A stretch of 61,657 bases of DNA, filler included, from Sphacelaria rigidula (taxonomy: Eukaryota): the NCBI GenBank assembly GCA_964200075.2. It is 11 parts of 11 records of this genome, joined end to end, with 100 filler letters (N's around TTAATTAATTAA, not from the genome) between each part and the next. Parts side by side here need not be neighbours in the genome. Positions count along the whole stretch, not along the records: positions 1 to 5,515 come from CAXNAA020026702.1; positions 5,616 to 11,130 come from CAXNAA020026703.1; positions 11,231 to 16,745 come from CAXNAA020026704.1; 8 more parts are not named here. One strand, 5' to 3'. Shown here piece after piece: positions 1 to 11,971 of this stretch; position 1 is the first letter of the stretch, and each line of letters opens with the position of its first letter. The notes under the pieces are model-generated. The model saw only the letters and a program-made list of their open reading frames with translations. It had not been told where the DNA came from and searched no databases. The position numbers were made by a program, and so were the translations under genes.

Positions 1-1900
1 AGGTTTGTCGCTAATGCACCATGGTATACCCTACTGGGACGCTTGCCCTATATGTTTTTCTCTGCCACGAGCAATCACTCGAGCGCTAGACGTATGGTTC
101 TTTTCTACCACAGGCAATGACTTGAGTACTCGCCCTAGAGTTTTTCCACGCGCTGGACGAGTACGAGTAGGACTCGTGGCACTCGCACTCGTTTTGCCGC
201 TCGTTGGCGATACAAATTAATAGGGTAAGTACTCGAGTCATTGTTCGTTGTAAAAAATAAGTATGACTCGAGTACACGAGGCATGCTCGTTTTGTTGAAA
301 AAAATATGCACTACAGGCTGGTTCAGATTGAATACCCAATTTTTTTTCCCCGGCTGATGAACGCAATACCCAGCCAATATGCACAAATGTGGTATCATAC
401 TGATCGCAATGAACAGACAAAAATGGCGACAGCCATATTTTTGTCAAGGCTATAGCGGTGGCGCTATATACATGAGTATGTCTAGACCCATCAGCGCTCT
501 TCAAATTATTCCGAAATTGAAAACACAAATTCCAAGCCCAATTTACACCGAATTCCGACATGGTTTAAATCGTAGTAACCGTCATAAGCCTGGGAATCTA
601 ACGGGAGAAACAGAGTTGAAAATGGTTCCAACGGGATCGAATCTTGCCCGAATCCGTAATATTTCGGTGATTGAGAGCTTTGGCGTCGTCTAATTTCCAC
701 TCATGATACGTACGAAAGACCTACGGAGCCTCGTGACGATTTCCCATTTATCTGTTGCAGAAAGGCTCAGATCCGTAGGTATTGATGCTCCAAATAGAAA
801 AATTGCATTCTTGTCAAGATTCCAAAGTTTCTCCGCTCTCTATCGGATTCCGGGGTTCCCAGCATAAAGACCCGCGGAAATCGGTACAGAATGCCTCAAC
901 ACCGAAATTTTGACACCTTAGGGTTAGTGGTATCCCAATGAACATGTTTATCAATTCTTGCTCAACTCGAAAAACTGAATCGGCTGGATCTTTCACCGTA
1001 AAAACAACCCTCAAAAAGGGCGATTCTATACTTCGATCAAGTAATGGGGGGGGCACGCAGACTTTAGCGCACGTTTTGGTATTTTCTCACGCCGTTTTCT
1101 TGAGTTAGACCACGAAAATTTGCACACATGTTCTGAAGGGCACTATCGAAAACTCGAAGACCGTTTTTTTTTTTTGTGACTTTTTATCCAAGGTCGCGGT
1201 TGACCGACTTGACTGGGGGAGGGGTCAGATCCCGACTATCTCGACACCAACAACAACAACAACAAAAACGCTCTTCGAGTTTCAGATAGTGCCCCCAAGA
1301 ACATGTGTGCAATTTTTCGTGGTCTAACTCGAAAAAACGGCGTGAGGAAATCCCGGGGAATGAATTTTGGGCGTTCAATCTGAACCAGCTTGTAATGCAC
1401 TCGTTTTGCCGAGTAATTGGTATTCTGACGTTTGATTTTTCTTTCACCACGAGCAATGACTCGAGTACCCACCCTATTGCTTTTTTTCAACACTGGCAGC
1501 CCAACGAATGCGAGACGCGATTCATACTCGTGCTCGTCCGACGTGTGAAAACTTGACTATTTTCTTCCATTGTAGGGACCAGAGTTATTACGGCGTGGTG
1601 AGGTGGCCAACCCCCTCGCGGACGCGGGTCACGGACACAATACATGTACAAAGCTGCGCGTTGTCCGAGTCTTTTTCACGTCACATGGTGAGCAGAGAGA
1701 ACAAATGGTGCTGCCGTGGAAGTTTTGCATGTTGCCCGCTCCTATTTCACATACTGCTTCACGAAACACGCAGACACGAACTCCTCAAACACAGCATTCA
1801 AACAGTGCAGGCAGCACGGACTGTCTGAATTGTTCACAAACGACCATGTACCGCTTCACAAATTTCACCGTTCTCTTCCGATAAAAAGCTTGAAATTTCG
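1..1900. mobile_element. Non-autonomous DNA-transposon/foldback-like repeat with nested inverted modules; family shared with contig 9
   Basis: 1-50 matches the reverse complement of ~50375-50425. 140-352 is an inverted copy of 1352-1552. 1082-1170 is an inverted copy of 1262-1350. 1330-1400 recurs at 45500-45570. 1580-1830 recurs inverted at ~46110-46360 and ~49330-49570. No transposase recognised. Confidence 0.6.
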
Positions 1901-4711
1901 CTTCGACCCACCTCGAGAGAACATGAGCGAATATCGCTAAAATTTATGGCCATCGCTCCTTTTTTTCGATGGAAGAATGCTGCGAGACATTCACTCAGCA
2001 CGTTATGCCATCGGCGCGCGAAGTGCCATAGACGCCTCCGTCAAAGCATATTCTCGATGTCGAGACGGTTACCAAGTGCATTGACCCTATGCTCGAACGC
2101 GGTGTGGAAATTACGAAATATAATGATTTCAACGGTTTGGTGATTGCGGCGTTTTCTACATGTATTACCTGTCGAAAGCCCTAGCTGCTAATACCTGTGT
2201 ACAGTACTGCCATCGCATGCGAAAGTACTCGTATCTTTTGGTAGAGCTGTGCGATCGGGCCATGTCTTTGTCGAAACAACTGATATCGGAATGAAGTTGG
2301 GAGCTCACATGCACAGAGTAAAGAAGACAAACCCTGGGGAATGGAATCCACATTTCGTCCATCCCATTGGTGACAAAAGTCCCATGGCACCAGTAGAGCG
2401 CGGCATTAGTATTGTGCAACGATACGAGTAGTTTTCTGTCGAACCGCGGGTTCTCAGTCACATATCATCTCGTCTTCGCCGTCTCTGTGGTATGGCATGA
2501 GCACTACCTCTTCCATCCGTACTTCAGCGCCCATCTCCCACACCAAATTCTGTTCATGCCTGCCATTCCGGCGACAAAATGTCGAGGCCGGCGCATGTTG
2601 TGCGTCCGCCGCTGTCATGCACACTGTATCCGCGCCACACCTTCGGCGACGCACACGATACTCGCGCTGTTTTCTTTCTCTCTGCCTTCAGTATTTCATT
2701 GCGCTCACCGTGTCCGTGCCGCGCCCGTCACCTCTAACCCTTGACTCCCTGTGCAGGCGGCCTTCAGGCTAAGGAAATCCCCCGGAGCACATGGACGGAG
2801 GGTGCAGGTACCTTGGCAGGACTGTTTCACCGCGGCATGCCCCGTCCTGTGGGTTGGGGATGAAGAAATTCCGTCGGCGGTACGCGAGGCTTTCGCCTGG
2901 CTGTGGGATAGGGGGTCGTGTGGGTTTGCCAGGCGTCTACGGAAAGCCTTCACGCTGTTGGTGTGAAAGATGTAAGAACTCCGTGATGACTGGACGGAGG
3001 GGGGGGCGGGAAGTTAAACCTCACTTTGGATCCACGATAGTCTGCCCCACCGGAAGTTGGGGTGACGGTTCCTACCCGCCTGTCACGACGAGTCATACAT
3101 CCTTCTGTGGTCGTGGTGAATTCGTTGTCTCCACATGTCGGCGCCGACGCGTTGTGGTGTTGGGGGCGGCAGCGAACCGTGAGGACGGCTGCTGTCGGGG
3201 TTTGCGGGTGTGTTGCGCTCCATGCCAGAGTATGGATTCGTGTGATAAATTCGGCGCACATCCCACAAAAGGTATCCTTGTTTGGCCCACTGAGTCGCGA
3301 ACTTGGGCCGTGGGTTCTGGGCACGAGGCGCCTCGTATTGCGTGGTCCAGTTGTCTTCTGTGGCGCGGTGTTCGGTGGGCTGATTTTTGTTTGTCCTCCT
3401 TCTCGGCTTTCGTGGTATTTTGTAGCCTTTCTCCGTGTGTGTTCCTTGTTGTCGGTGTCTGTGATTGTAAGTATTGTATCTCGGTATCTTGGGGGCTGGG
3501 GGTGTGTGCTTCATACCTGTAGTGGTGAGTTCTACACGCATGCTTCGCCTGTGATCGTTCGGGTTTTCGGTCTTGTGTTTTTCATTTTTGTCGTAGAACT
3601 TGGGTTTCGGTGCACGACGATACGCGCCGAAGCGACGGCGCAGAGACCGTTTGTTTAACGACGACGTTTTTGCGTTGCCTCTGCTTGATCCTTGAAGGAC
3701 CTGTGCGAATATTTCAGTAGCAATCGTTCAACGGTCCGACCTTCTTTATTTGTTCACTTTAGGTATCCGAGTGCTCCCGTACCGTGCTTTGCTGCGGCGC
3801 GCACGCAGGGTCACGGTCTCTCCACCCGACGGTTACTCTGCCGACGTGCGAGTGGTCCTGGCGCGTGTTCAGATGTTTTCTTAGATCGGCTTCTGTGATC
3901 TCTATAATGACGGGGGTTCCAGTGGTTGGCGAGCGTCCGTCTCGCCTTCGAAGCTCCCCACTCATCGACTGGCGACAACCCGATGCCTTGTGCTTGGTGG
4001 GCGACTTGGACATGGACGATGCGGATCATTTTCGGGTATGCATCGATGGGGCTTAGTATGCCGGCTTGTTGTCGGCTGTGCATTATTCTGGTGTCGGTGC
4101 AATCCAGCGTCATATAACCACAGCCGTGCGTGGGAGGTACCTCTCATGAAAAATAAATACTCCGCCCCTCCCGAACGACTACGGCAAGCAAAAAATGAGG
4201 ACGCCCCCCCCTCCCCCGGTGAGGGGGTCCCTCGCTGTAATTGTGAGACTTGCTTTCATCCTATATCATGATTTTCCCGCTGTGGTCAAGGTCTCTAATC
4301 CAACGAAAAATTATGGTGATGGTGTCAGCCATCTTATCTTGCCCGCAGAAATAATTGCATAGTTGCACTGAATCAAACGCTCATACCGTAGCGAAAGTAG
4401 ATTCGAGCAAATTAGCGTCGCGGAGACCACCCGTTCTATTTCAACCGTATCGGTAACATAGAACAGGGGGTTTGATAATTTGCGGGAGCAGGTCTTTTTG
4501 AGGATGGGTCGCGGGAACGTGCATAACAATCGCAGTAATTATAAACTAATTGCTGATGCACGCTCCGGTCGCGATATGACGATATTGCTTGAAAGTGAAC
4601 GCACCATCCGCTATTTCTGAATCCCCCCTCTACTCGGAGGTTGTGAACGTCGGAGTGGAGAACTCCTATCGGGACACGAACGGATGTCGAAATGATTCGG
4701 AATTAGAAGAG

Positions 4712-4790
4712 GTATCTCGTACTCGAGGTTCCTGGTATATTTCACAATAAGTTACAGTCAAATATACCAGGATCCTCAAGTTTGAGATAC
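4712..4790. repeat. Short imperfect hairpin (about 31-bp arms)
   Basis: GTATCTCGTACTCGAGGTTCCTGGTATATTT pairs with AAATATACCAGGATCCTCAAGTTTGAGATAC. Confidence 0.7.
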
Positions 4791-4937
4791 TTGACCTCTG
4801 GAATGTGGGTTTACACATTCCTGGTCGCTCTCTTCAAACAGTTGACGCCACGCACGACGGTCGGCGAATGATATTTCATTTGTGCTGAAGATCCCGGCGC
4901 CTGCAGGAGAGGGTAGAACAAATTACCGCCCGCGACG

Positions 4938-5114
4938 TAATGCCAGTGGATCGTGTTGCCCAGTGAGAATTCTCAGTGCCAATCGCCCAATTGACATTGC
5001 GCCGACGAGCGCGAGACGTGCTGGACTCATTGCCGGCGGATCGTGTTGCCCAGTGAGAATTCTCGGTAGCAATGGCCCAAGTGAAGCTGCGCCGATGAGC
5101 GCGGCACGTGCTGT
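4938..5114. repeat. Two-copy tandem duplication with 90-bp period
   Basis: GGATCGTGTTGCCCAGTGAGAATTCTC occurs twice 90 bp apart, with similar flanks. Confidence 0.8.
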
Positions 5115-5515
5115 AAGCGTGTTCGCAGCGGTAGTCATGGCGCGCAACCACACGCACGCTGCGTACCCTCAACACGTGCAAAACTGTAGGATCTAGTACG
5201 CTGTAGAAGGTACGTGGAACTGCGGCACGGAGCACTACAGCTGCTGCTGCCGTGCAAAGTTACGCGACGTAACGTAATCACAGCGGAACTTCAGATTCCA
5301 CACCACTACTGCACTGTCTGCAGGCGCCTGTGTTTTGACTCTCACAACTATGTGCCTCTTATGCACTCAAGGTCCTTTCCGCCGTAGAGTAGGCGTTTTG
5401 GTTTGTGACAAAATAATGATTCTGCACCCAAAAAGTGGATAGTCTTGACCCTTTTGGGACTCAAGCTCACGAACACCACGTTCACGACGTGTTAGTAAAA
5501 TAATAATAAACAAAC

Positions 5516-5615
5516 NNNNNNNNNNNNNNNNNNNNNNNNNNNNNNNNNNNNNNNNNNNNTTAATTAATTAANNNNNNNNNNNNNNNNNNNNNNNNNNNNN
5601 NNNNNNNNNNNNNNN
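5516..5615. other. Artificial contig spacer N44-TTAATTAATTAA-N44 (first of ten; others start at 11131, 16746, 22361, 27975, 33589, 39203, 44817, 50431, 56045)
   Basis: An identical 100-bp block recurs every ~5.6 kb. The 12-mer gives stops in all six frames. Intervening contig lengths fall monotonically from 5515 to 5513. Confidence 0.99.
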
Positions 5616-6010
5616 CCTGGCGCCATTTTGACGTAAACTTCTTCCTTTAGTTCGGCGTTCAGAAAGGCGGTGTTATAGTCCAGTTGCCAACACTCCAAGT
5701 CATACTCCGCCGCTACAGCTAATACCATGCGGATGCTTTGGATCCTGCAGACCGGTGCGAAAGTGCTGCCACAGTCGACGCCAGGGACTTGTCCCCAACC
5801 CTGCACGACGACTTGGGCCCTGTGCGAGGAATCTGCTTTCTTCTTGTACACCCACCGGGACCCGATTAACCTGTGTCCGGTTGGGACGGAGCTTGACGGT
5901 ACTAGAGTATACACGTTATTTCTTCTTGGGCTATCCATCTCCTCATCTGATGCCGCCTTCCATTGTTCCTTTTCGGGGAGACTCATGGCCTCAATGAACG
6001 TGTTTGGGAT
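5616..6010 (-). pseudogene. Copia reverse transcriptase, N-terminal part
   Basis: PNTFIEAM...WKAASDEEMDS...NVYTLVP...RWVYKKK...FAPV...DYNTAFLNAELKEEVYV; cut by the spacer. Confidence 0.93.
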
Positions 6011-6543
6011 TCTTTCGGTTTTCTCCCCCACTGGACAGCTCGAGAGGTTGGTAATTGTGTAGGCGTGCTCCACGACTGATCCCGCCCCAAACGTCTGGTG
6101 CACGACATCTGGTAGGAGCGCGTTGGTGTGTATTTGCAGTCGCCGTAGCTCGGAGAGCATTTTGTCGTCCACAGTGGCTGAAAGGTGCGCAGAAGCTGCG
6201 CCGTCGTTGATGTTGCGTTCCCTGAAGGAGCGCGCTGCAGTGCCTGCGCGCGTCACGGCGGGAGTTACTTGATGGCGAGAGTGTCGAGAGCGGTTGAGCA
6301 GTGGTGATTCGGCTGATGATGTGGACTGGCTAACTTCGTCCCGAGAAGGGGGTGCAGGTTGTTCCAGCGGCGCACGGCTCTCCGGTGATGCTGTTGGCGG
6401 CGTCTCTTCACGAGGTGTGTTATCGTCGTGAAGCATGTCCCGCGTGGTGATTCCGCTGATTCTTTCCAGAAGCTCGGTCACCTGTGGATCGTTAGAGATC
6501 CCGCTGGCAGTGACATGATCAACGGAGGTGTGAGCCGGTTGAG

Positions 6544-7583
6544 CTAGTACGGAGGTGTGGTCGCGAAGATCACGGAAGAAGTCGTCGTCGGTGACGTAAT
6601 TGTGGCCCTCTCTGTTGTTGCATTCCTGGTCACCAAGTGAAAATGGGTGTATCCGAAGTTGTGGCTCTCCCGTCGGGGTAAGGTGTGTCGGAGTCTCGAT
6701 GAAGACGACGTTCCTGCTCTCAATGATACGTCACGTGGCCGGGTTGTAGACTCGGTAGCTTTTACTGTCATTGCTGTACCCAACTAGTCGTCCTTCAACT
6801 ACTTTGAGAGCAAGTTTCGAAGTATGTCGCTCGATATGTACGAAAGCCCTGGCTCCGACGACTCGAAGGTGTTTGAGATGCGGTTCTGTCCCCTTCAGCA
6901 TCTTATGAGGCGGCTGCATGTCAAGCGCCGAATGCGGTGATCTGTTTGCAAGATAGGCCGCTGTGAACATTAATTCCCCCCAAAGAAAAGTCGGCAAACC
7001 ACTGTCAGCAATCATGCACCGGACCATGGCTACAGGCGTCCTTCCCACGCGTTCTGACAGGCCGATTTGTTGTGGTGTATTGGTGCTTGCAAACTCTAGC
7101 AATATGCCTGTCTGTCGGCGGTACGACTTGAACTCGTTGCCGATGAACTCACCGCCTTTATCTGCCCTTAGTCGTTCGACCCGAAGACCGCCAGGAATGA
7201 CCATTGACGTAGGACTGAAATGCATGAAGAGTGCCGTCCTTGGTTTTTTTAAGGTAAATCTCGGTCCATCTGGTATACTCATCGGAGATCTTGCAGGCGT
7301 ACTTGAAGCCTCCCAGCGCTTCTGGCATGATCGGTCCCATCAAATCTGTCATGACTAGTTGAAATTCGCGTCGCACTTTGTTGTCGGCTGTCTCCGGGTG
7401 GGCCAGTTGATGACTTTGCACAAATATCGCAGTACGAAACAGCTCCCCCGAAATCCACCCCGTTGCTTCCGACATTTTTGAGAAGATTCAAACTATTGCT
7501 GTTCAAGTGTCCCATCCTCCGATGCCACAGGGTAGCGGCGTCTGCAGCTTGCAAATCCAGTCCAGATGCGTCGTTGCCGCTGC
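6544..7583 (-). pseudogene. Copia integrase, frameshifted
   Basis: HHCC region and DDE core are split over ORFs 7279..7752, 7158..7475 and 6731..7282; C-terminal GRLVGYSNDSKSYRVYNP. Confidence 0.92.
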
Positions 7584-9365
7584 TTAGTTCCAGAGGAAGA
7601 AATACAGGTCGCTCTCCAGTTCCTGGAGCGGAACGGTGAAGTTGTTTGTCTCCAGTCTTGGGTTGTTCATGTCGAAAATAGACACAACACCATTTCTTGT
7701 CGCTTGTTTGACGGAGAACAAGTTCCGCCCCAAGCCAGGCACGACCAAACACGAAATCTGAACCAGGCGTTTGACCCCTTCGCCGTCTTGGATGTGGCCG
7801 CGGAGCAGTCCTTTACCAACCCCTGCCAGGTGATGCCCCCCTGCGGTGGTGATCGTACGCGGGGCCGCCAGTTCTTGGTAGTTGTGGAGTTTATACCGTA
7901 GCCCCGGGATAAGGGTATCGTCGAAGTAATGTCCCGACGTACCACTGTCTACCATGACACTGACATGGCTATTGCTACCCTCAGTCCCCTTGTCAAGAGC
8001 GGGTCCTGCCGCGAGAGCCGTGCCATCATCAGCATCGGTGATCCCGCCAAATGTTTCAGCGGTGTCGTCGAGGTTCGACGTGGCCCGGGGATATAATGAG
8101 TTCCCGAACATCAACCAGACGTAGTGGACTACGGCTATTAAGGTCAGCGCGCTCACTAGTGGGGAAAGTGTCTCCCTGATCCCCCGCAGTAGGTTGCGAG
8201 CTCTGCGCCAGAACCCCGGACCCCCGGCCTCCTCTCCGTCGGCCCCTTCGAAGGCGCCGAAGAGGCCGCTGCTGTAAAAAAAAGCAACGGGTTTGTTGGT
8301 TGGAGCGAAAGGCCAAGGTTTGTCCGCTTGCGGATTGTTCGCTTTGGGCGCCTCCAGGGCATCGACGGAGATGGCGGGAGGATGCTCCCTTGTACCGGTC
8401 GCTGGGGGACACCCTGACCATTGTGCGAAATTAGTTGTCTGCTGGTTGCGCTGTTGTAAGGAACGGCACTCTTCTTCGCTGTGAGTTCTTGAATTGTGGA
8501 AGGAGCACCACTTGCCTACATTCCCATTGTTTCCCCCGTCCTGACCGTTTCCCCCTGTCAGTGCCCGGGTCGCACGGGCGGGGCAATTTCTCCTAATATG
8601 ACCTTGCTTTCCGCAGTGGTGGCATGTTACTTGATTTCTTTTACTGCCATCATTCCGTCCACTAGCCTGCATAGCAACCCCGCGGCCTGCGACCGAGTTG
8701 GTGGCGTCAGGTCGTGAAAGGTAGTCAGCATACATGGTGCTGACCATGTATCTGAGGTCCGACAAATTAAAATCGCGCCTCTCACAGCTAGCAATGCGGA
8801 CCCTATCGTACTCGGCAGGTAGGGCTCGAAGGATAATGTCCTCATATCGTTCGTCAGGCACGGACTGCCCCATTTTCTCCAGGCGGTCACGGTAGCCATC
8901 CATGACGAACAAAAAATCGTCCGGATCGTCTCCTGACTGCATCGTCGTATTGTGGAGTTTATCATGGAATTCCCTGCGTGCCTCTTTTGTGTTGCCGTCA
9001 TATTTTTCTTGCAGCGCTACCCACGCCGCTTGGCCATTACCAACCCCATCCTCCTGGGTTTCCCCCATGAAATGTCTCACGGTATTGTTCGCTGATTTCT
9101 CGGTGGTGAAAAATGAGATGCTGAACAGGTCATTGTTTGCGCGATTCCAAGCCAGTGAAGCTGTCGTATCACGGGTTTACGGTTCATCACCAATTACGGT
9201 GCGTGCGGGTCTCTGCCGCCCCTGCAGAATTTCTGCGGCCGCATTATGGTGGAGGGAGAGGATCACCCGTAGTTTGTCTTCGTACTCTCGGAAACTAACC
9301 TTGTCTCTGCCATCAAGTTTTGTACACAACTTAAGTACCGCACGAATACTCTCATTGTCCGCCAT
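7584..9365 (-). pseudogene. Copia gag-protease region
   Basis: ATG at 9365 (MADNESIRAV). An in-frame TAA at 9177-9179 is followed by the same frame as ORF 7584..9080, which has gag motifs (AWVALQEKYD, DPDDF, ILRALPAEYD), the CCHC knuckle and the DSG protease. Confidence 0.9.
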
Positions 9366-9414
9366 AATAATCCTCCTCGTCGCTTTGCTCCAACGTAACG
9401 AGTATAGAATAACG

Positions 9415-9989
9415 TGTTCCGATACTACCACACGATCGGCCTTGGTCACCGCCGCTTGACTTGTCGAGGGAGGTCGCGAAAAAAAGAATGCGGGTTAATC
9501 GAACCCAGATATAACCCCCACCACGATAGCGGCCCCTGGTAACGCCGCTTATCTTGACCACGTTGTTCTCCAGCAAATATCTGTCCTTTTGCTGCTGCAC
9601 TTCCTTCCTAGATCCACCGCTCCGTCAGCACCAACACGATCGAGGCTCAAAAAACCTATTAGAGGATTGACTCAGAACCCCTTTGTCGTGGTCGCTAGAG
9701 TTGGCGTAATGGCAGTTAAGCCAAGCAAGCAGACAGGCTGCTTCGGAGTGTAGACAGAAGATAGTGTTCAAGGTGCCGCTTCTGGGCAAGACAAATACAA
9801 ACAACCCACCGGGGTACACGATCAAAGAGAAGAGTACTTCATGTATAACAACTGCTATCCCACATTATACGCCCCCACATCAGACCAAACCTTCGTGACC
9901 GGTACCTGCGATCCCAACACTACATGTATATAAAGTCAATACCATACGAAGCGTTGAAGAGCATGGCTCCATAGCCTCATTTTCTAACA
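9415..9989 (-). repeat. Putative 5' LTR of the Copia element
   Basis: Minus strand begins TGTTAG and ends GGAACA (TGTT/AACA termini), 50 nt before the gag ATG. The second LTR is outside the contig, so boundaries are unverified. Confidence 0.5.
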
Positions 9990-9997
9990 GGCGTCAC

Positions 9998-10385
9998 TGG
10001 CTATATCGATAGGTGCTCCCGAGAACAATCGACTGTTGACGGCAATGCATTGTTGGCGGCAGAGGCTGCCGCTAGACGGCTAACCAAATCTATGGATGGC
10101 GGTAATTAGTGTAGATAGATGGCTCACCTAACCTATTGATGATGGTTTGATGACGAAAACTATCGATGGATATCTCATCAAACATATTGATGACGGCAAT
10201 GGCTATCGATATATACCCAGAATCTATTGCGGTACACGATGTCCGTCGATGACGAGTGATCTTCTCCTATTGTAATTGCCATAGGCTATCGATCGACTAC
10301 TGCAACATCTGTTGTCCCTTGCTATACATATCAATAGATGTGTTTCACCATATATCGTGTTCAATCATATATATCGATAGATTTT
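9998..10385. repeat. Array of degenerate CTATCGAT(GACGGCAAT)-type motifs
   Basis: Many ATCGAT/ATTGAT/ATGGAT-centred motifs in about 390 bp, resembling a transposon subterminal array. Confidence 0.55.
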
Positions 10386-10396
10386 CCCCCGTGTCT

Positions 10397-11049
10397 ATGG
10401 CTGAAGCAGTGGACTATCATTGTGTCCATTGTCCAGAGTGTGTATTTTTAGCAGTAAATATAGATCACTTACATGCAAGAAGCGAACACTTATTTTACGA
10501 CTACAGTCCGCTTCTTGAACAATTTGCATGCACGATTTTCCGCAAAGCTGATGTAGTTATTGAAGTTTACGACCCACAAACAGTGAGCTTATGCCCTTGC
10601 TGCGGTGCTTCACCCGAAATATTGGCTGTGCGCTGTGAAGGCTGACCTGCAGTAGGTCGTTGCACCTGTTGAAGACTCATCGATTATTCGCTACAGGTGG
10701 TGATGCTAGAAGAAGATTTCGAGAGAGAGCGAAAGCAAAGACGGATGGAACTGGAGACAGCCAAAAAGGTACCCTGCCCGAGTGCCAGTGGGTGCCTTTA
10801 ATCACGGTGTAGATGTTGCGATGCGCGCATGAAGGCGTGGGTGATGTTTGTTGCGAGGAGTGTTCATGCCTCCACGCAGGGGTGTTGCGTATGCTGATCA
10901 ATCGGGAACGCGGGATTCGATCTATGTATGCGACCAAGCAGGTTATGACTGCAGAGGAATATGATTTAGCCGCGAAGCAGTGGAGCTTGGATGAAGCATC
11001 CATATTACAGGCTCACGAATCGGAGGTTGCAGAACGGAAGCGCAAGTGA
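10397..11049 (+). pseudogene. Disrupted intronless Cys-rich ORF of unknown family
   Basis: MAEAVDYHCVHCPEC...CPCCG, TGA at 10643 and 10670, a charged helix EEDFERERKQRRMELE, a frameshift, then CCEECSCLH...AERKRK*. Confidence 0.4.
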
Positions 11050-11971
11050 GAAATGAAGTGATTCCGCGCATGCGTTGCATTGGTGTCGACTTCAATGGGA
11101 GTCCAAGACTAATAATAATAATAATAATAANNNNNNNNNNNNNNNNNNNNNNNNNNNNNNNNNNNNNNNNNNNNTTAATTAATTAANNNNNNNNNNNNNN
11201 NNNNNNNNNNNNNNNNNNNNNNNNNNNNNNCGCAGTACTCACCAACAAACAAAACAGACAAAACGAGGCACCCGCCCCCCCCCCCCCCCCGCCCCCCTCA
11301 GGAAAGGGTCGGTGTGAAGAGGTACAACCAGTATGTAAATCAGAATGACAAAAGCCGAGCACAACGAGCAGCTGGGAAATCCCAAGCTGGGGATTGTTTT
11401 CGCCGATGTCGCCCGTATGAGGCGCTTCATGCACAGCCTGAAACCACCTACCATCCACGCGCCGTGTGACCATTTTCCTCGTGGCCGTTTTGGGGCTGGT
11501 TCGCGCCGAGGCTATCGTGGCGCCACTCTCTCGTGTAGAGGTGTATTGTGAAACATTTGAAGCCTCGACTGCGTCCTAAACGGAATAAGGATGTAACAAT
11601 TAGGGGTCTCCTCAACATGGCAGTTTGTTTCCGCATTTTATTTTTAGTTTGTCGGGAAAAAAAAACTTGAACTTTTTTTTTCCGACTTCTCTGGAGACGA
11701 CAAAAAACTGAAAACAAATCCGATGCTTGAGTTTTCTGAGAGAGAAGGAAGAACAAAAAATGAAAAAGTAGGAGATATCGGGGGGAACAGAAAAGGTCAT
11801 TAAGAAGATCCCTCGGACCACCGGGGTGCTACGATAGAAAGGAGGGATGCATCGAGGTGTAATAATGGGGGTGTCAACACTGGTATCAAGTTCCATGGCA
11901 TTGCTGAAGGACCCCAAATTTCGCCGAATACCCGCCCGCCGTCTCTACCATTCTACGGCTCGCCACCTAAG

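Larger units (their letters stand above)
5616..9989 (-). mobile_element. Ty1/Copia LTR retrotransposon, decayed, 3'-truncated by contig end
   Basis: Domain order gag-PR-IN-RT. Zinc knuckle CHHCGKQGHIRRNC; protease VDSGTSGH; LWHRRMGH...CDIC; integrase TDLMGP / RADKGGEF / PQQIGLSER; RT GSRWVYKKK, STFAPV, QLDYNTAFLNAELKEEVYV. Premature stop at 9177-9179 and several frameshifts. Confidence 0.97.

Noticed and set aside
2791..3658. Plus-strand ORFs of 243 and 198 aa as genes
   Set aside because: Their Cys/Val/Gly-rich translations simply reflect G/T skew; no motifs or splice structure.
5560..5571. Regularly spaced TTAATTAATTAA as a biological repeat or array
   Set aside because: It is always embedded in N44 on both sides; it is an assembly linker.
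10643..10672. In-frame TGA codons as selenocysteine
   Set aside because: The same ORF also has a frameshift and a TAG, and I recognised no SECIS; decay is simpler.
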